Part shown: positions 26,511 through 41,200 of the stretch, one piece after another
Numbering within the stretch: position 1 is the stretch's first letter
Layout: each line of letters begins with the position of its first letter
NCBI GenBank assembly: GCA_963718235.1
Contig: CAVQYR010000001.1
Location: forward strand, 1,568,001 to 1,632,000
From: an uncultured Actinomycetota bacterium
Lineage (GTDB): Bacteria > Actinomycetota > Actinomycetes > JAHEKZ01
DNA: 64,000 bases
Direction: 5' to 3'
The notes under the pieces: generated by a model
What the model was told of the DNA's origin: nothing
The model's input: only the letters and a program-made list of their open reading frames with translations
Database searches by the model: none
Program-made: the position numbers and the translations under genes

Positions 26511-27659
26511 GTGGCAGCTCCCCAGAACTACCTGGCGGTCATCAAGGTCGTGGGCATCGGCGGGGGTGGGGTCAACGCCGTCAACCGGATGATCGAGGTC
26601 GGGCTCAAGGGGGTGGAGTTCATCGCCATCAACACCGACGCGCAGGCACTGCTGATGAGCGACGCCGACGTCAAGCTCGACATCGGGCGCGAGCTCACCC
26701 GGGGTCTGGGCGCCGGAGCCGACCCCGAGGTCGGCCGTCGAGCGTCTGAGGACCACCGCGAGGAGATCGAGGAGGTGCTCAAGGGCGCCGACATGGTGTT
26801 CGTCACCGCCGGTGAGGGCGGGGGCACCGGCACCGGAGGTGCACCGGTCGTGGCGAGCGTCGCGCGCGGCCTGGGGGCACTGACGATCGGTGTCGTGACC
26901 CGCCCGTTCGGGTTCGAGGGCCGACGCCGGGCCGTGCAGTCCGAGACCGGCATCGAGGAGCTGCGCGAAGAGGTCGACACGCTGATCGTGATCCCGAACG
27001 ACCGACTGCTGTCGATCAGCGACCGTCAGGTCAGCGTCCTCGATGCGTTCAGGTCGGCCGACCAGGTGCTCATGTCCGGCGTCTCGGGGATCACCGACCT
27101 GATCACGACCCCCGGCCTGATCAACCTCGACTTCGCCGACGTGAAGTCCATCATGCAGGGGGCGGGTACGGCCCTGATGGGGATCGGCTCGTCGCGCGGC
27201 GACTCCCGCGCGGTCACGGCGGCCGAGACCGCGATCTCCAGCCCGCTGCTCGAGGCCTCGGTCGACGGCGCTCGCGGGGTGCTGCTGTCGATCAGCGGAG
27301 GCAGTGACCTCGGGCTGTTCGAGATCAACGAGGCGGCCCGCCTGGTGGCGGAGGCGGCGCACCCCGAGGCCAACATCATCTTCGGTGCGGTCATCGACGA
27401 CGCGCTGGGCGACGAGGTCCGGGTCACGGTCATCGCGGCCGGGTTCGACGGTGGACAGCCGGGGCCGATGCGCACACCGGCCCGTCGGGTGTCCGAGGCC
27501 ACGGCCGAGGACCCTTCGGCCGAGCCCGTGCCGCAGCCGGTCGACGAGGACGTGCGGATCGACCTTCCCGAGCGGCCGGTCGCGTCCCAGCCTCGCCGGA
27601 CGATCGTGTTCGACGACGCCACAGGCGACGACCTCGACGTCCCCGACTTCCTGAAGTAG
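26511..27659 (+). CDS. ftsZ: Cell division protein FtsZ
   Basis: [26 protein letters not shown]-terminal [10 protein letters not shown]. Confidence 0.98.
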   Translation: MAAPQNYLAVIKVVGIGGGGVNAVNRMIEVGLKGVEFIAINTDAQALLMSDADVKLDIGRELTRGLGAGADPEVGRRASEDHREEIEEVLKGADMVFVTAGEGGGTGTGGAPVVASVARGLGALTIGVVTRPFGFEGRRRAVQSETGIEELREEVDTLIVIPNDRLLSISDRQVSVLDAFRSADQVLMSGVSGITDLITTPGLINLDFADVKSIMQGAGTALMGIGSSRGDSRAVTAAETAISSPLLEASVDGARGVLLSISGGSDLGLFEINEAARLVAEAAHPEANIIFGAVIDDALGDEVRVTVIAAGFDGGQPGPMRTPARRVSEATAEDPSAEPVPQPVDEDVRIDLPERPVASQPRRTIVFDDATGDDLDVPDFLK

Positions 27660-27671
27660 TCGTCCGCCTCG

Positions 27672-28382
27672 ATGCCGGAGCCGATCACGCAGAGCCGTCG
27701 GGCCGAGCTGGAGGCCAACCTCGCCGACGTGATGCGGCGGATCGCCGACGCCGAGCGCGCGGCCGGGCGGGCTCCTGGCTCGGTCAGGCTCGTGGTGGTC
27801 ACGAAGACCTGGCCGCCCTCCGACGTCGCTGCGCTTGCCGCCCTGGGGGTCACCGACGTGGGCGAGAACAAGGACCAGGAGGCGGCACCCAAGGCGGCCG
27901 CAGTGGGCGACCTCGGGCTCACCTGGCACTTCGTGGGACAGCTGCAGACCAACAAGGCCCGTTCGGTGGCCCGGTACGCCGACGTCGTCGAGTCGGTCGA
28001 TCGACTGCGCCTCGTGGCCGCGCTGGACTCCGCGGCGCAGCGGGCCGGTCGCCCCCTGCGCTGCCTGGTGCAGGTGGGGCTCGACCCCGAGCCGGGGCGC
28101 GGGGGCGCCGCGACCGACGAGGTGGAGGCCATCGCCGAGGCGGTGCAGGCCAGTGCCTGGCTGGAGCTGGGCGGCCTGATGGCCGTTGCGCCACTGGAGG
28201 CAGACCCGGATGCGGCGTTCGCGACCCTGGCCGGCATCGCCGCGGAGTTCCGACGCGCGCACCCGCAGGCTGGGGACCTGTCCGCGGGGATGAGCCACGA
28301 CCTCGAGGCGGCGATCGCCCACGGGGCGACACACGTGCGTGTCGGCCGTGCGGTGCTCGGCCCGCGCGCCGCAGTCGGGTAG
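27672..28382 (+). CDS. yggS: YggS/PLPBP pyridoxal phosphate homeostasis protein
   Basis: VVTKT, GEN, WHFVGQLQTNK, SAGMSHD, GATHVRVG. Confidence 0.93.
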   Translation: MPEPITQSRRAELEANLADVMRRIADAERAAGRAPGSVRLVVVTKTWPPSDVAALAALGVTDVGENKDQEAAPKAAAVGDLGLTWHFVGQLQTNKARSVARYADVVESVDRLRLVAALDSAAQRAGRPLRCLVQVGLDPEPGRGGAATDEVEAIAEAVQASAWLELGGLMAVAPLEADPDAAFATLAGIAAEFRRAHPQAGDLSAGMSHDLEAAIAHGATHVRVGRAVLGPRAAVG

Positions 28383-28450
28383 CGTCACAGCGACTCGTCC
28401 ACGACCAGTCACCATGACCGGTTGCCGTCGCCAACGAAGGGGAAATCGAG

Positions 28451-28975
28451 ATGGCCGGCGCGATGCGCAAGATGGCGGTCTACCTTGGCCTGGTCGAGGA
28501 CGACCGGTACGACGAGTACGACGACTACGACGAGTACGACGACCGCCGTTCGACCGGTCGGGAGCGGGACTCCGAGCAGACCCGAGCCCTGCACCCGGTG
28601 CGCGACGACGACACGGCGGCGTCGATCGACCGTCGGGCCGACCGCCCACCGGTGCGCGACCATGCAGCGTCGGCCATCCCGGATGCCGGAGCCCAGGACT
28701 ACCGGATCACCACGCTGCACCCCCGCACGTACAACGACGCGCGGGCGATCGGCGAGGCGTTCCGGGAGAACACCCCCGTGATCATGAACCTCACCGAGAT
28801 GGACGACACCGACGCCAAGCGGATCGTCGACTTCTCCGCCGGTCTGGTGTTCGGTCGGCGGGGCACGATCGAGCGGGTCACCCAGAAGGTGTTCCTGCTG
28901 TCCCCGGCCAACGTCGTGGTCACTGCGGAGCAGAAGCAGCGATTGGCCGAGGGTGGTTTCTTCAACCAAAGCTGA
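28451..28975 (+). CDS. sepF: Cell division protein SepF
   Basis: MRKMAVYLGL, ITTLHPRTYNDAR, AKRIVDFSAGL, VFLLSP. Confidence 0.95.
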   Translation: MAGAMRKMAVYLGLVEDDRYDEYDDYDEYDDRRSTGRERDSEQTRALHPVRDDDTAASIDRRADRPPVRDHAASAIPDAGAQDYRITTLHPRTYNDARAIGEAFRENTPVIMNLTEMDDTDAKRIVDFSAGLVFGRRGTIERVTQKVFLLSPANVVVTAEQKQRLAEGGFFNQS

Positions 28976-28987
28976 CCGGGTCACCTC

Positions 28988-29281
28988 GTGAGCGTCGTCT
29001 GGCAGGTCCTGTACTTCGTCCTGTGGCTCTTCTTCCTCTTCCTGCTGGCTCGGCTGGTCCTCGACCTGGTCCAGCTGTTCGCCCGGGAGTACCGCCCGCA
29101 CGGGTTCATGCTGATCGTGTTCGAGATCGTCTTCTCGGTGACCGACCCTCCGCTGAAGGCGATCCGCCGGGTCCTGCCACCCCTGCGGCTGGGCCAGGTC
29201 CAGCTGGACCTGGCGTTCCTCGTGCTGTTCATCGCGGTGAACATTGCGCTGCGGATCGTGGCCGGGCTGGCCGTCGCCTGA
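28988..29281 (+). CDS. YggT family membrane protein (SepG/YlmG)
   Basis: VTDPPLKAIRRVLPPLRLG..LDL; follows sepF. Confidence 0.9.
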   Translation: MSVVWQVLYFVLWLFFLFLLARLVLDLVQLFAREYRPHGFMLIVFEIVFSVTDPPLKAIRRVLPPLRLGQVQLDLAFLVLFIAVNIALRIVAGLAVA

Positions 29282-29387
29282 CCCTTCGGGCCGAGTCGGC
29301 ACGCTCGGTGCGCCTGTCGTACACCCAACGTGACACCGCTGTGGGTAAGGTTTCGCCTGTTCGTACCGATCAGCTCGAGGGGATGCC

Positions 29388-30282
29388 ATGCCGTTGACTC
29401 CGGAAGACGTGCGCGCCAAGGAATTCAGCACGGTGCGCTTCAAGGAGGGCTACGACGAGGACGAGGTCGATGAGTTCCTCGACCAGGTCGAGGTCGAGCT
29501 GACCCGACTGGTCCAGGAGAACAGTGAGCTGCGGGCCGCACTGGCCCGGGGTGGGGCGGCGCCCGCACCTGCACCTGCACCTGCAGCCGCCCGCCCCGCC
29601 CCCGCCCCTGCTGCTGCGGCGGCCGTCCCGGTGGCCGCCGCTGTGGCCGCCACCGATGGCGGTGCCGACCACGCGGCGCGGCTGCTCCAGGCGGCCCAGC
29701 GCACGGCCGACTCGGTCGAGAGCCAGGCTCGGGCCGACGCCCAGCGGATGCTGGCCGAGGCGCAGGCCAAGGCCAACGCCGTGGAGTCCGACGCCGCTGC
29801 CAAGCACCAGCAGGTCATGGCCTCCCTCCAGGCCGAGCGAGCCAAGCTCGAGCACGAGGTCGCCGACCTCAAGGCGTTCGAGCGGGAGTACCGGACCCGG
29901 CTGAAGTCCTACCTGGAGGCCCAGCTGCGCGACCTCGACGCCCGCGGTGGTGGAGAGACCCCGCCGGCACCGCGGTCCGCTCCGGCGGCTGCGGCCCCAT
30001 CGGCTCCAGCGGCGGCTCCAGCAGCACCGGCCGCGCCGGTCCACGCCCCGACACCTCCCGCGCCGGTCCACGCCCCGACACCTCCCGCGGCCCCGCAGCC
30101 GATGAGCCCGTCGTCCGCCCCCGCCGGCCAGTCGTCCGGCGACTCCGGCGCCGGTCAGCAGCCCGCCGCCCGCACCCACGTCGGCACCGCCCGCGGCGCC
30201 ACCCGCCGCACCGCCCGCTCCAGCGTCAGCGCCTCCTGCGGCACCCCCCGCGCCTCCTGCCGGCCCCCCGCGTCAGGCCTGA
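29388..30282 (+). CDS. divIVA: DivIVA/Wag31, with a 1-nt frameshift near 30162
   Basis: [13 protein letters not shown]...[27 protein letters not shown]; the Pro/Ala tail continues in another frame ([14 protein letters not shown]...PPRQA) to TGA 30280-30282. Confidence 0.88.
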
Positions 30283-30362
30283 CCCTCGGCTGGCCCACGA
30301 CCGGCCCACGACGCGCAGGTGGCTCCCGTCCGGATCGGACGGGAGCCACCTGCGCGTTCAGG

Positions 30363-30833
30363 TCAGATGCGTCGACGGAAGGGGTCGCGCGGGGGCGGGG
30401 CCGGCATCGAGATCCGGGCCCCGTCAATCGGGATCCCGGTCAGCCCGAGCACCTTGGTGAGCACGGTCAGCGTGGTCTCGCCGGCGGCGACACCCAGCTC
30501 GGTCACCATGGCCCGGTAGATCGTCACGTAGTGCTTGACCGGGGTGTCGTAGGTCCAGTCGACCGAGCCGAGGTGGATCGCGTCGCCTGGCGTGGTCTCA
30601 GGCCCGTTCCAGGGCTGGTCCCAGACCTGGATCCCGGTGGGTCCGGAGCAGAAGATGCCGCCCAGGCCCACGTCGTGCTCCTTCGCGGCGGCGATGAGCT
30701 GTCGGCTCTCGCGCTCGGCGAGGACCAGCGCCGGCCGCACATTGCTGGCCAGGGCTGGTCGGGCGACTGCGTTCGCCTTGAGGCGCACGTTGGGCAACGC
30801 TTTCGGTTGAGCGGCTGTCTGGTGGTGTGACAC
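30363..30833 (-). CDS. Hypothetical protein
   Basis: 156 aa of globular-looking composition; GGAGG RBS upstream of the GTG; convergent with the corrected divIVA end. Confidence 0.72.
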   Translation of the reverse strand: MSHHQTAAQPKALPNVRLKANAVARPALASNVRPALVLAERESRQLIAAAKEHDVGLGGIFCSGPTGIQVWDQPWNGPETTPGDAIHLGSVDWTYDTPVKHYVTIYRAMVTELGVAAGETTLTVLTKVLGLTGIPIDGARISMPAPPPRDPFRRRI

Positions 30834-30984
30834 TTGGGACCTCCCCGAGCCTATGGCGCTCCGACACGTCGGGCACCGGGCGATCTCGTTGCTTACCTAT
30901 CGGCTCGACCCTCCCCCCTCCTGGTTGAGCCGAACGGGTGATCCTGCTCGCCCAGCCGGTCAAGAAGGGTCGGCCCATGGTCGA

Positions 30985-34140
<3,156 letters not shown>

Positions 34141-34179
34141 GGCGCACCTCTCGACGCTGGGTCGACCCGTTGGTCGACC

Positions 34180-34405
34180 GCGGGACCTGGCCGGAGGGAC
34201 GAGGCAGGAGCCCCGCGGTACCACCCTCCTTGGCCGGTCACCTGCCCACCAGCCCGCTCGAGGTGCGCTGCGGCCGGTTCTACGGGCTCGGTCGGGAGCC
34301 TTTCCTCCGGCAGCTCGGGGGTGATCTTCGTCAAGGCGCGGACCGCCGGGCTCACACCGTCCCCGGCTCGCTCGTGGCCGCCACCGTGACTACTCGTCCC
34401 GTCGA
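34180..34405 (-). promoter_or_regulatory. Ile T-box riboswitch upstream of ileS
   Basis: Specifier ATC (Ile) at 34325-34323 in GAAGATCACC; T-box AGGGTGGTACCGCG at 34227-34214, followed by CTCGTCCCT antiterminator/antisequestrator arm. Confidence 0.9.
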
Positions 34406-34449
34406 CGCCGTGCAGCGCGCACAGCCTACCGGTCCGCGAGGATGGCGCG

Positions 34450-34752
34450 ATGTCCATTACCTCGACACCGCGTGGGCGCCAGCCGGCTCGGATCGACCTG
34501 TGGGTCCGTCCAGGGTCGTCGCGGACGCTGGTCGGCGGGGAGCATGACGGAGCCCTGCTGGTCGCGGTCGCGGCTCGGGCGGTCGACGGCGCCGCCACCA
34601 CGGCTGCGCTGAAGGCCGTGGCCCGGGCCCTGGGGGTGCACCCGAGACAGGTCCACCTCCTCCGTGGTGCCACGAGTCGGCGCAAGGTCGTCGAGGTCAG
34701 CGACCCACCGCCCGACCTGGACCGACTGCTGGAGCACCTGCGCGGCGGGTGA
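34450..34752 (+). CDS. DUF167 (YggU/UPF0235) family protein
   Basis: VRPGSSRTLVGG, AVDGAAT, GATSRRKVVEV. Confidence 0.88.
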   Translation: MSITSTPRGRQPARIDLWVRPGSSRTLVGGEHDGALLVAVAARAVDGAATTAALKAVARALGVHPRQVHLLRGATSRRKVVEVSDPPPDLDRLLEHLRGG

Positions 34753-34883
34753 CCGGCCGGGGGCGCCGCTCCGCGCTTGCTTTCCCCCATGCGCGGCGGC
34801 GAGCCCGTTTGGTCGGCGCGACCGGCAACGCCTATCCTCTCGGGGCTATCGCGCACCACACCAGGCAACCGAGGAGACGTCGC

Positions 34884-35617
34884 ATGGCCGGCAGCCAGGG
34901 AGTCGGGGGACGCCTCCGGAAGGCGGTCGAGCGCGTGACGAAGAAGGCTCCGGTCGAAGAAGGCTCCGGTCAAGAAGGCTCCGGTCAAGAAGGCTCCGGT
35001 CAAGAAGGCTCCGGTCAAGAAGGCTCCGGTCAAGAAGGCTCCGGTCAAGAAGGCTCCGGTCAAGAAGGCTCCGGTCAAGAAGGCTCCGGTCAAGAAGGCT
35101 CCGGTCAAGAAGGCTCCGGTCAAGAAGGCTCCGGTCAAGAAGGCTCCGGTCAAGAAGGCCCCGGTCAAGAAGGCCCCGGTCAAGAAGGCCCCGGTCAAGA
35201 AGGCCCCGGTCGAAGAAGGCTGCGCCGCGCCTCGTCGTCCGGGTCGACGAGTCTCCGTGGACGACTGCCGAGCTGGCCGAGGTGCGCCGCCAGCTGCAGG
35301 GCGACTCTCGGCGGCTGCGTGAGGAGATCGCCCGGGCCGAGGCCGAGCTCAACGAGCTGCTCCGCGACTCCGGTGAGGGTTCCGGCGACGATCAGGCCGA
35401 CGCCGGCAGCAAGACCTTCGAGCGCGAGCACGAGATGTCGATGGCGAACAATGCGCGCGACACCTTGGAGCAGATCGAGCATGCGATGGCCCGGATCAAG
35501 GACGGCAGCTACGGCATGTGCGAGAGCTGCGGCCAGCCGATCGGCAAGGCGCGGCTGCAGGCCTTCCCGCGAGCGACCCTGTGCGTGAGCTGCAAGCAGC
35601 GCGAGGAACGTCGCTGA
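34884..35617 (+). CDS. TraR/DksA family regulator with a Lys-rich repeat N-terminus (two apparent 1-nt insertions)
   Basis: GAGGAG RBS then ATG 34884; DDQADAG coiled-coil tip, CESC...CVSC zinc finger; extra G at 34956 and 35212 break the frame. Confidence 0.88.
34941..35211 (+). repeat. 15-bp tandem repeat x18 (AAGAAGGCYCCGGTC, encoding KKAPV)
   Basis: 14 copies with GCT and the last 4 with GCC; one extra G after the first copy. Confidence 0.95.
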
Positions 35618-36150
35618 CCGTCCCTGAGCCGGCGAACCCGTCAACGGGGCGGCCGCGTCGGTTCGGGATCACCGTGTTCGTGGCGCTGCTCGTCGTGCTC
35701 GTCGACCAGGCCACCAAGGCGATCATCGTGTCGACGATGCCCGGCCGTCCTCCCGTCGAGGTGGTCGGCGAGTGGCTCGAGATCACCTACGTGCGCAACC
35801 CCGGTGCCGCCTTCGGGCTGGGCACCGGGCTCACCATCGCGTTCAGCAGCATCGCCGTGGTGGTGATCGTGGTGATCTTGCGGGTGGCCCGCCGACTGCG
35901 GTCCGTGGGCTGGGCGATCGCCCTCGGGGGGATCCTCGGAGGCGCACTGGGCAACCTGATCGACCGGGTGTTCCGCGACCCCGGCCCGTTGCGCGGCCAC
36001 GTCGTCGACTGGATCGAGTTCCCGCACTGGCCGGTGTTCAACCTCGCGGACTCGGCGATCTTCTTGTCCGCGGTGCTGATGGTGGTCCTGTCGCTGCGCG
36101 GGGTGGGTCTGGACGGCGTCCGGGTCACGTCCTCGACGGGGTCGACATGA
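35581..36150 (+). CDS. lspA: Lipoprotein signal peptidase II (start uncertain)
   Basis: [36 protein letters not shown]. Confidence 0.92.
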   Translation: MRELQAARGTSLTVPEPANPSTGRPRRFGITVFVALLVVLVDQATKAIIVSTMPGRPPVEVVGEWLEITYVRNPGAAFGLGTGLTIAFSSIAVVVIVVILRVARRLRSVGWAIALGGILGGALGNLIDRVFRDPGPLRGHVVDWIEFPHWPVFNLADSAIFLSAVLMVVLSLRGVGLDGVRVTSSTGST

Positions 36151-37070
36151 CCGAACGGGCCCTGGCGGTCCCGGAGGGGCTCGACGGCGAGCGGCTCGAC
36201 GCAGCGCTGGCCCGGCTGCTCGGCCTGTCCCGCACCCGCGCGGCCGAGCTCGTGGGCAGTGGCCAGGTCCTGGTCGACGGGCTGGGCGCCAGCAAGTCCG
36301 ACCGCGTGCACGTCGGCGCGTGGCTGGAGGTGCAGCTGCCCGACCCGGCCGAGGTGGAGGTGCCCGTCGACCGCGAGCCGGTCCCGGGGCTCGTCGTGCT
36401 GTACGACGACGCCGACCTGGTGGTCGTGGACAAGCCCGTGGGCGTCGCGGCCCACCCCTCGCCGGGTTGGACCGGGCCAACTGTCGTCGGCGGTCTGGCG
36501 GCCGCGGGCTACAGCGTCTCGACCTCGGGCGCGGCCGAGCGACAGGGGGTCGTCCATCGACTGGACGTCGGGACCAGCGGGCTGATGGTCGTGGCCAAGA
36601 GCGAGCACGCGTACCGCGTGCTGAAGCGGGCGTTCAAGGAGCGTCTGGTCGACAAGACCTACCACGCGCTGGCCCAGGGGCACCCCGACCCTTCGTCGGG
36701 AACGATCGACGCGCCGATCGGCCGCCACCCGCGCCACGACTGGAGGTTCGCGGTCACGGCCGAGGGCAAGCCGAGCGTCACGCACTACCAGACGCTCGAG
36801 GCCATGCCCGCGGCCTCGCTGCTGGAGATCGACCTGGAGACCGGGCGCACCCACCAGATCCGGGTGCACCTCGCTGCGATCCGGCATCCCTGCGTCGGGG
36901 ACCTCGCCTACGGCGCCGACCCCTCGCTGGCCCAGCGGGTGGGCCTGCAGCGCCAGTGGCTGCATGCCGTGGCGCTGGGGTTCGACCACCCCGGCACCGG
37001 GCAGCGGGTGGAGTTCCGCTCGCCCTACCCCGAGGACCTGCAGCACGCCCTCGACGTCCTCACCCCCTGA
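36147..37070 (+). CDS. RluA/RluD family pseudouridine synthase
   Basis: S4-like N-terminus, [32 protein letters not shown]. Confidence 0.93.
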   Translation: MTERALAVPEGLDGERLDAALARLLGLSRTRAAELVGSGQVLVDGLGASKSDRVHVGAWLEVQLPDPAEVEVPVDREPVPGLVVLYDDADLVVVDKPVGVAAHPSPGWTGPTVVGGLAAAGYSVSTSGAAERQGVVHRLDVGTSGLMVVAKSEHAYRVLKRAFKERLVDKTYHALAQGHPDPSSGTIDAPIGRHPRHDWRFAVTAEGKPSVTHYQTLEAMPAASLLEIDLETGRTHQIRVHLAAIRHPCVGDLAYGADPSLAQRVGLQRQWLHAVALGFDHPGTGQRVEFRSPYPEDLQHALDVLTP

Positions 37071-37194
37071 CCCACGCCCCCCGGCGCACGATCAGGCTTG
37101 CTGACCGTGCGCCGGGTCTGCTGGTCGGGTACCGCCAGCCACGCCGCCTCGCCACCCGGTAAGCCGCCGTCGGGTGCGCGCGAGAGAATGGGGG

Positions 37195-38121
37195 ATGACC
37201 CCGACCCAGCCTCCGACCCAGCCCCCGACCCGCCCCTGCGCAGCCAGCGGGACCTTCAGCTTCGGTGGTCTCACCGTCAACCGGCTCGGCTTCGGAGCGA
37301 TGCAGATCACCGGAGAGGGCATCTGGGGCCCACCGGCCGACCCGGACAACGCGGTCGCGGTGCTGCGCCGCGCCGTCGAGCTGGGGGTCGACTTCATCGA
37401 CACCGCGGACTCCTACGGCCCCGGCGTCTCCGAGGACCTCATCCACCGAGCCCTGTGGCCCTACGACGGGGTCCTGGTCGCCACCAAGGCCGGACTGGCC
37501 AGGACCGGGCCCGGCCACTGGCACCCGATCGGTCTCCCGGAGTACCTGAAGCAGCAGTGCGAGATGTCCCTGCGCCGGCTCGGCGTGGAACGGATCGACC
37601 TCTTCCAGCTGCACCGGATCGACACCCGAGTGCCCCTGGCCGAGCAGGTTGGCGCCCTGGTCGAGCTGCAGCAGGCCGGGAAGGTCGGTGCCATCGGCCT
37701 GTCCGAGGTGACGGTCGCGCAGCTGCGCGCCGCCCAGCAGGTCACGACGGTCTCGACCGTGCAGAACCTGTACAACCTCACCAACCGACTGGCTGAACCT
37801 CTGCTCGAGGTGTGCACGGCCGAGGGGATCGGCTTCATCCCCTGGTTCCCCGTCGCCACCGGCGAGCTGGCCCGACCGGGCGGTCCGCTGGACCAGCTGG
37901 CGTCCACCACCGGTGCGACCGCGGCCCAGCTCGCGCTCGCCTGGCTGCTCGCCCGGTCGCCGGTGATGCTCCCGATCCCCGGTACCAAGTCGCTGGGCCA
38001 TCTGGAGGAGAACTGCCGGGCGGGCGAGCTCCGCCTCGACCCCGAGGTGGTGGCCGCGCTCGGCGCCCTGTCGGCTGCCGGTTCCGACCCGGACGTCACG
38101 GGCACGTCGGGCCGGGCCTGA
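37195..38121 (+). CDS. Aldo/keto reductase
   Basis: [42 protein letters not shown]. Confidence 0.92.
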   Translation: MTPTQPPTQPPTRPCAASGTFSFGGLTVNRLGFGAMQITGEGIWGPPADPDNAVAVLRRAVELGVDFIDTADSYGPGVSEDLIHRALWPYDGVLVATKAGLARTGPGHWHPIGLPEYLKQQCEMSLRRLGVERIDLFQLHRIDTRVPLAEQVGALVELQQAGKVGAIGLSEVTVAQLRAAQQVTTVSTVQNLYNLTNRLAEPLLEVCTAEGIGFIPWFPVATGELARPGGPLDQLASTTGATAAQLALAWLLARSPVMLPIPGTKSLGHLEENCRAGELRLDPEVVAALGALSAAGSDPDVTGTSGRA

Positions 38122-38214
38122 CGGTTCGGGCCGTTAGGCTCAGGACCCGTCCAGCCGTCTTCCCCCGGCGGGCGCCCCCGCACCCGCGTCCACAGTCCCA
38201 GGGAGACCGCTCGC

Positions 38215-41200
38215 ATGGCCGACTCGTTCGTGCATCTCCACGTGCACACCGAGTACTCCATGCTCGACGGAGCCGCCCGGGTCGGCGAGCTGATGGACGC
38301 CGCCGTCGAGCAGGGGATGCCGGCGATCGCGGTCACCGACCACGGCTACGTCATGGGCGCGTACGACTTCTACCGGAAGGCACGCGACCGCGGCATCAAG
38401 CCGATCATCGGGGTCGAGGCGTACCTCACGCCGGGTACGAGTCGTTTCGACCGGACCCGCGTGCGTTGGGCGGGAGGGGGAGAGGACGACGTCTCCGGCG
38501 GCGGCGCCTACACCCACATGACGATGCTCGCCGAGAACACCACGGGCATGCACAACCTGTTCCGGATGGCCAGTCTGGCCTCGATGGAGGGCTTCTACTT
38601 CAAGCCCCGCATGGACCGCGAGCTGCTCCAGACCTACGCCGAGGGAGTCATCGCCACCACGGGGTGCCCGTCGGGGGAGATCCAGACCCTGCTGCGGCTC
38701 GGGCGGTTCGACGAGGCGGTCCGGGCGGCCTCGGACTTCCGCGACATCTTCGGCAAGGACAACTTCTTCTGCGAGCTGATGGACCACGGGCTCGGCATCG
38801 AACGGCGCGCCCACGAGGGCCTGCTCCGGCTGGCCAAGACGCTCGACCTCCCGCTGGTGGCCACCAACGACCTGCACTACACCCGGCCCGAGGACGCCGA
38901 GGCGCACGCGGCGCTGCTGTGCGTGCAGTCCGGGTCGACCCTGGCCGACCCCACGCGCTTCAAGTTCGATGCCGACGACTTCTACCTCAAGTCGGCGGCG
39001 GAGATGCGGTCGGTGTGGGAGTCCGTCCCTGACGCGTGTGACAACACCCTCCTGATCGCGGAGCGCTGCGACGTCGTCTTCGACGAGAGCGCCAACCTGA
39101 TGCCCCGGTTCCCCGTACCCAACGGCGAGTCCGAGGAGTCGTGGTTCGTCAAGGAGGTCGAGCGGGGGCTGCAGAAGCGGTTCAAGGGCTCGGTACCCGA
39201 CGAGGCCCGCAAGCAGGCCGAGTACGAGGTCGGGGTCGTGCTGCAGATGGGCTTCCCGAGCTACTTCCTCGTGGTGGCCGACTTCATCAACTGGGCCAAG
39301 GAGCAGGGCATCCGGGTCGGCCCTGGGCGGGGGTCGGCAGCGGGCGCCATCGTCGCCTACGCGCTGGGGATCACTGACCTCGACCCGCTCAAGCACGGCC
39401 TGTTGTTCGAGCGCTTCCTCAACCCGGAACGGGTGTCGATGCCCGACATCGACGTCGACTTCGACGAGCGTCGGCGCGGCGACGTGATCCGCTACGTCAC
39501 CGAGAAGTACGGCGAGGAGCGCGTCGCCCAGATCGTCACGTACGGAACGATCAAGGCCAAGCAGGCGATCAAGGACAGCGCACGGGTCCTCGGGTACCCC
39601 TACGCGATGGGCGACCGGATCACCAAGGTGATGCCGCCACCCATCATGGGGAAGGACCTCGCGCTGGCCGGTGTGTTCGACGAGAAGAACTCCCGCTACG
39701 CCGAGGCGGCGGAGTTCAGGTCGTTGTACGACTCCGACGTCGACGTGAAGCGGGTCATCGACACCGCGCGCGGGCTGGAGAACCTCAAGCGCCAGTGGGG
39801 CGTGCACGCCGCAGGCGTGATCATGAGCAGCGAGCCGCTCATCGACCACGTGCCCGTGCTCCGTCGCGAGCAGGACGGCGCGATCATCACCCAGTTCGAC
39901 TATCCGTCGTGCGAGGCCCTCGGCCTGCTCAAGATGGACTTCCTCGGGCTGCGCAACCTCACGGTGATCGAGGACGCACTGGCCAACATCACGTCCAACC
40001 GGGGCGATTCGATCGTGCTCGAGGACCTCGGACTGGACGACCGCGCCGCCTACGAGCTGCTGTCCAGCGGCGACACGCTCGGAGTCTTCCAGCTCGACGG
40101 CGGTCCCATGCGGTCGCTGCTGCGAAGCATGCAGCCGGACAACTTCGAGCACATCTCCGCGGTCCTGGCGCTCTACCGACCCGGACCCATGGGGGCCAAC
40201 GCGCACAACGACTACGCCGACCGCAAGAACAAGCGCAAGCCGGTCGTCCCCATCCACCGCGAGCTCGAGGCTCCACTGGCCGACATCCTCGACGACACCT
40301 ACGGGGTGATCGTCTACCAGGAGCAGGTCATGGCGATCGCCCAACGCGTCGCCGGCTACAGCCTGGGTCAGGCCGACCTGCTGCGACGGGCGATGGGCAA
40401 GAAGAAGAAGGAGATCCTCGACAAGGAGTTCGTCCCGTTCTCCGAAGGCATGCGGGCCAACGGGTACTCCGAGATCGCGATCAAGACGCTGTGGGACATC
40501 CTGGTCCCCTTCGCCGACTACGCGTTCAACAAGGCACACACGGCCGGGTACGGGCTGGTGTCCTACTGGACCGCCTTCCTCAAGGCCAACTACCCGGCCG
40601 AGTACATGGCCGCGCTGCTGACCAGCGTGCGCGACGACAAGGACAAGTCCGCCCTGTACCTGCACGAGTGCCGGCGGATGGGGATCAAGGTGCTCCCACC
40701 CGACGTCAACGAGTCCGACGCCGACTACACCCCTCGTGGCTCCGACATCCGGTTCGGCCTCGCCGCGATCCGCAACGTGGGTGAGAGCGTCGTGGCCGGG
40801 ATCGTCCGGGCCCGTCGGGCCGAGGGGCGGTTCACCGACTTCCCCGACTTCTTGTCCAAGGTCGACGCCGCAGTGTGCAACAAGCGGGTCATCGAGTCGC
40901 TGATCAAGGCCGGGGCCTTCGACTCGCTCGGACACACCCGACGTGGTCTCGTCGCCGTCCACGCCGAGGCGGTCGATGCCGTTCTGGAGACCAAGCGGGC
41001 CGAGGCGATCGGGCAGTTCGACCTGTTCGGCTCCTCCGACGACGACGAGGCGGCGGCGTTCGGGGTCGAGCTGCAGATCCCGGTCACCGAGTGGGACAAG
41101 GCGGCGCTGCTGTCCCATGAGCGCGACATGCTGGGCCTGTACGTGTCCGACCACCCGCTGTTCGGCGTCGAGCACGTCCTGGCCGCGGCGGTCGACTGCT

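Noticed and set aside
29388-30830. 480-aa DivIVA with a novel C-terminal domain
   Set aside because: After about 30162 the frame becomes Arg-rich and overlaps an opposite-strand gene; the natural Pro/Ala tail ends at 30282 in another frame
34941-35211. Repeat array as a CRISPR or iteron array
   Set aside because: The units are contiguous with no spacers, 15 bp long and encode KKAPV within a dksA-like gene; no cas or rep genes are nearby
38140-41175. 1011-aa antisense ORF, and other long shadow ORFs such as 37-1797, 4930-6951, 26382-28649 and 30893-33448
   Set aside because: Expected stop-poor shadows of high-GC genes; no recognisable motifs
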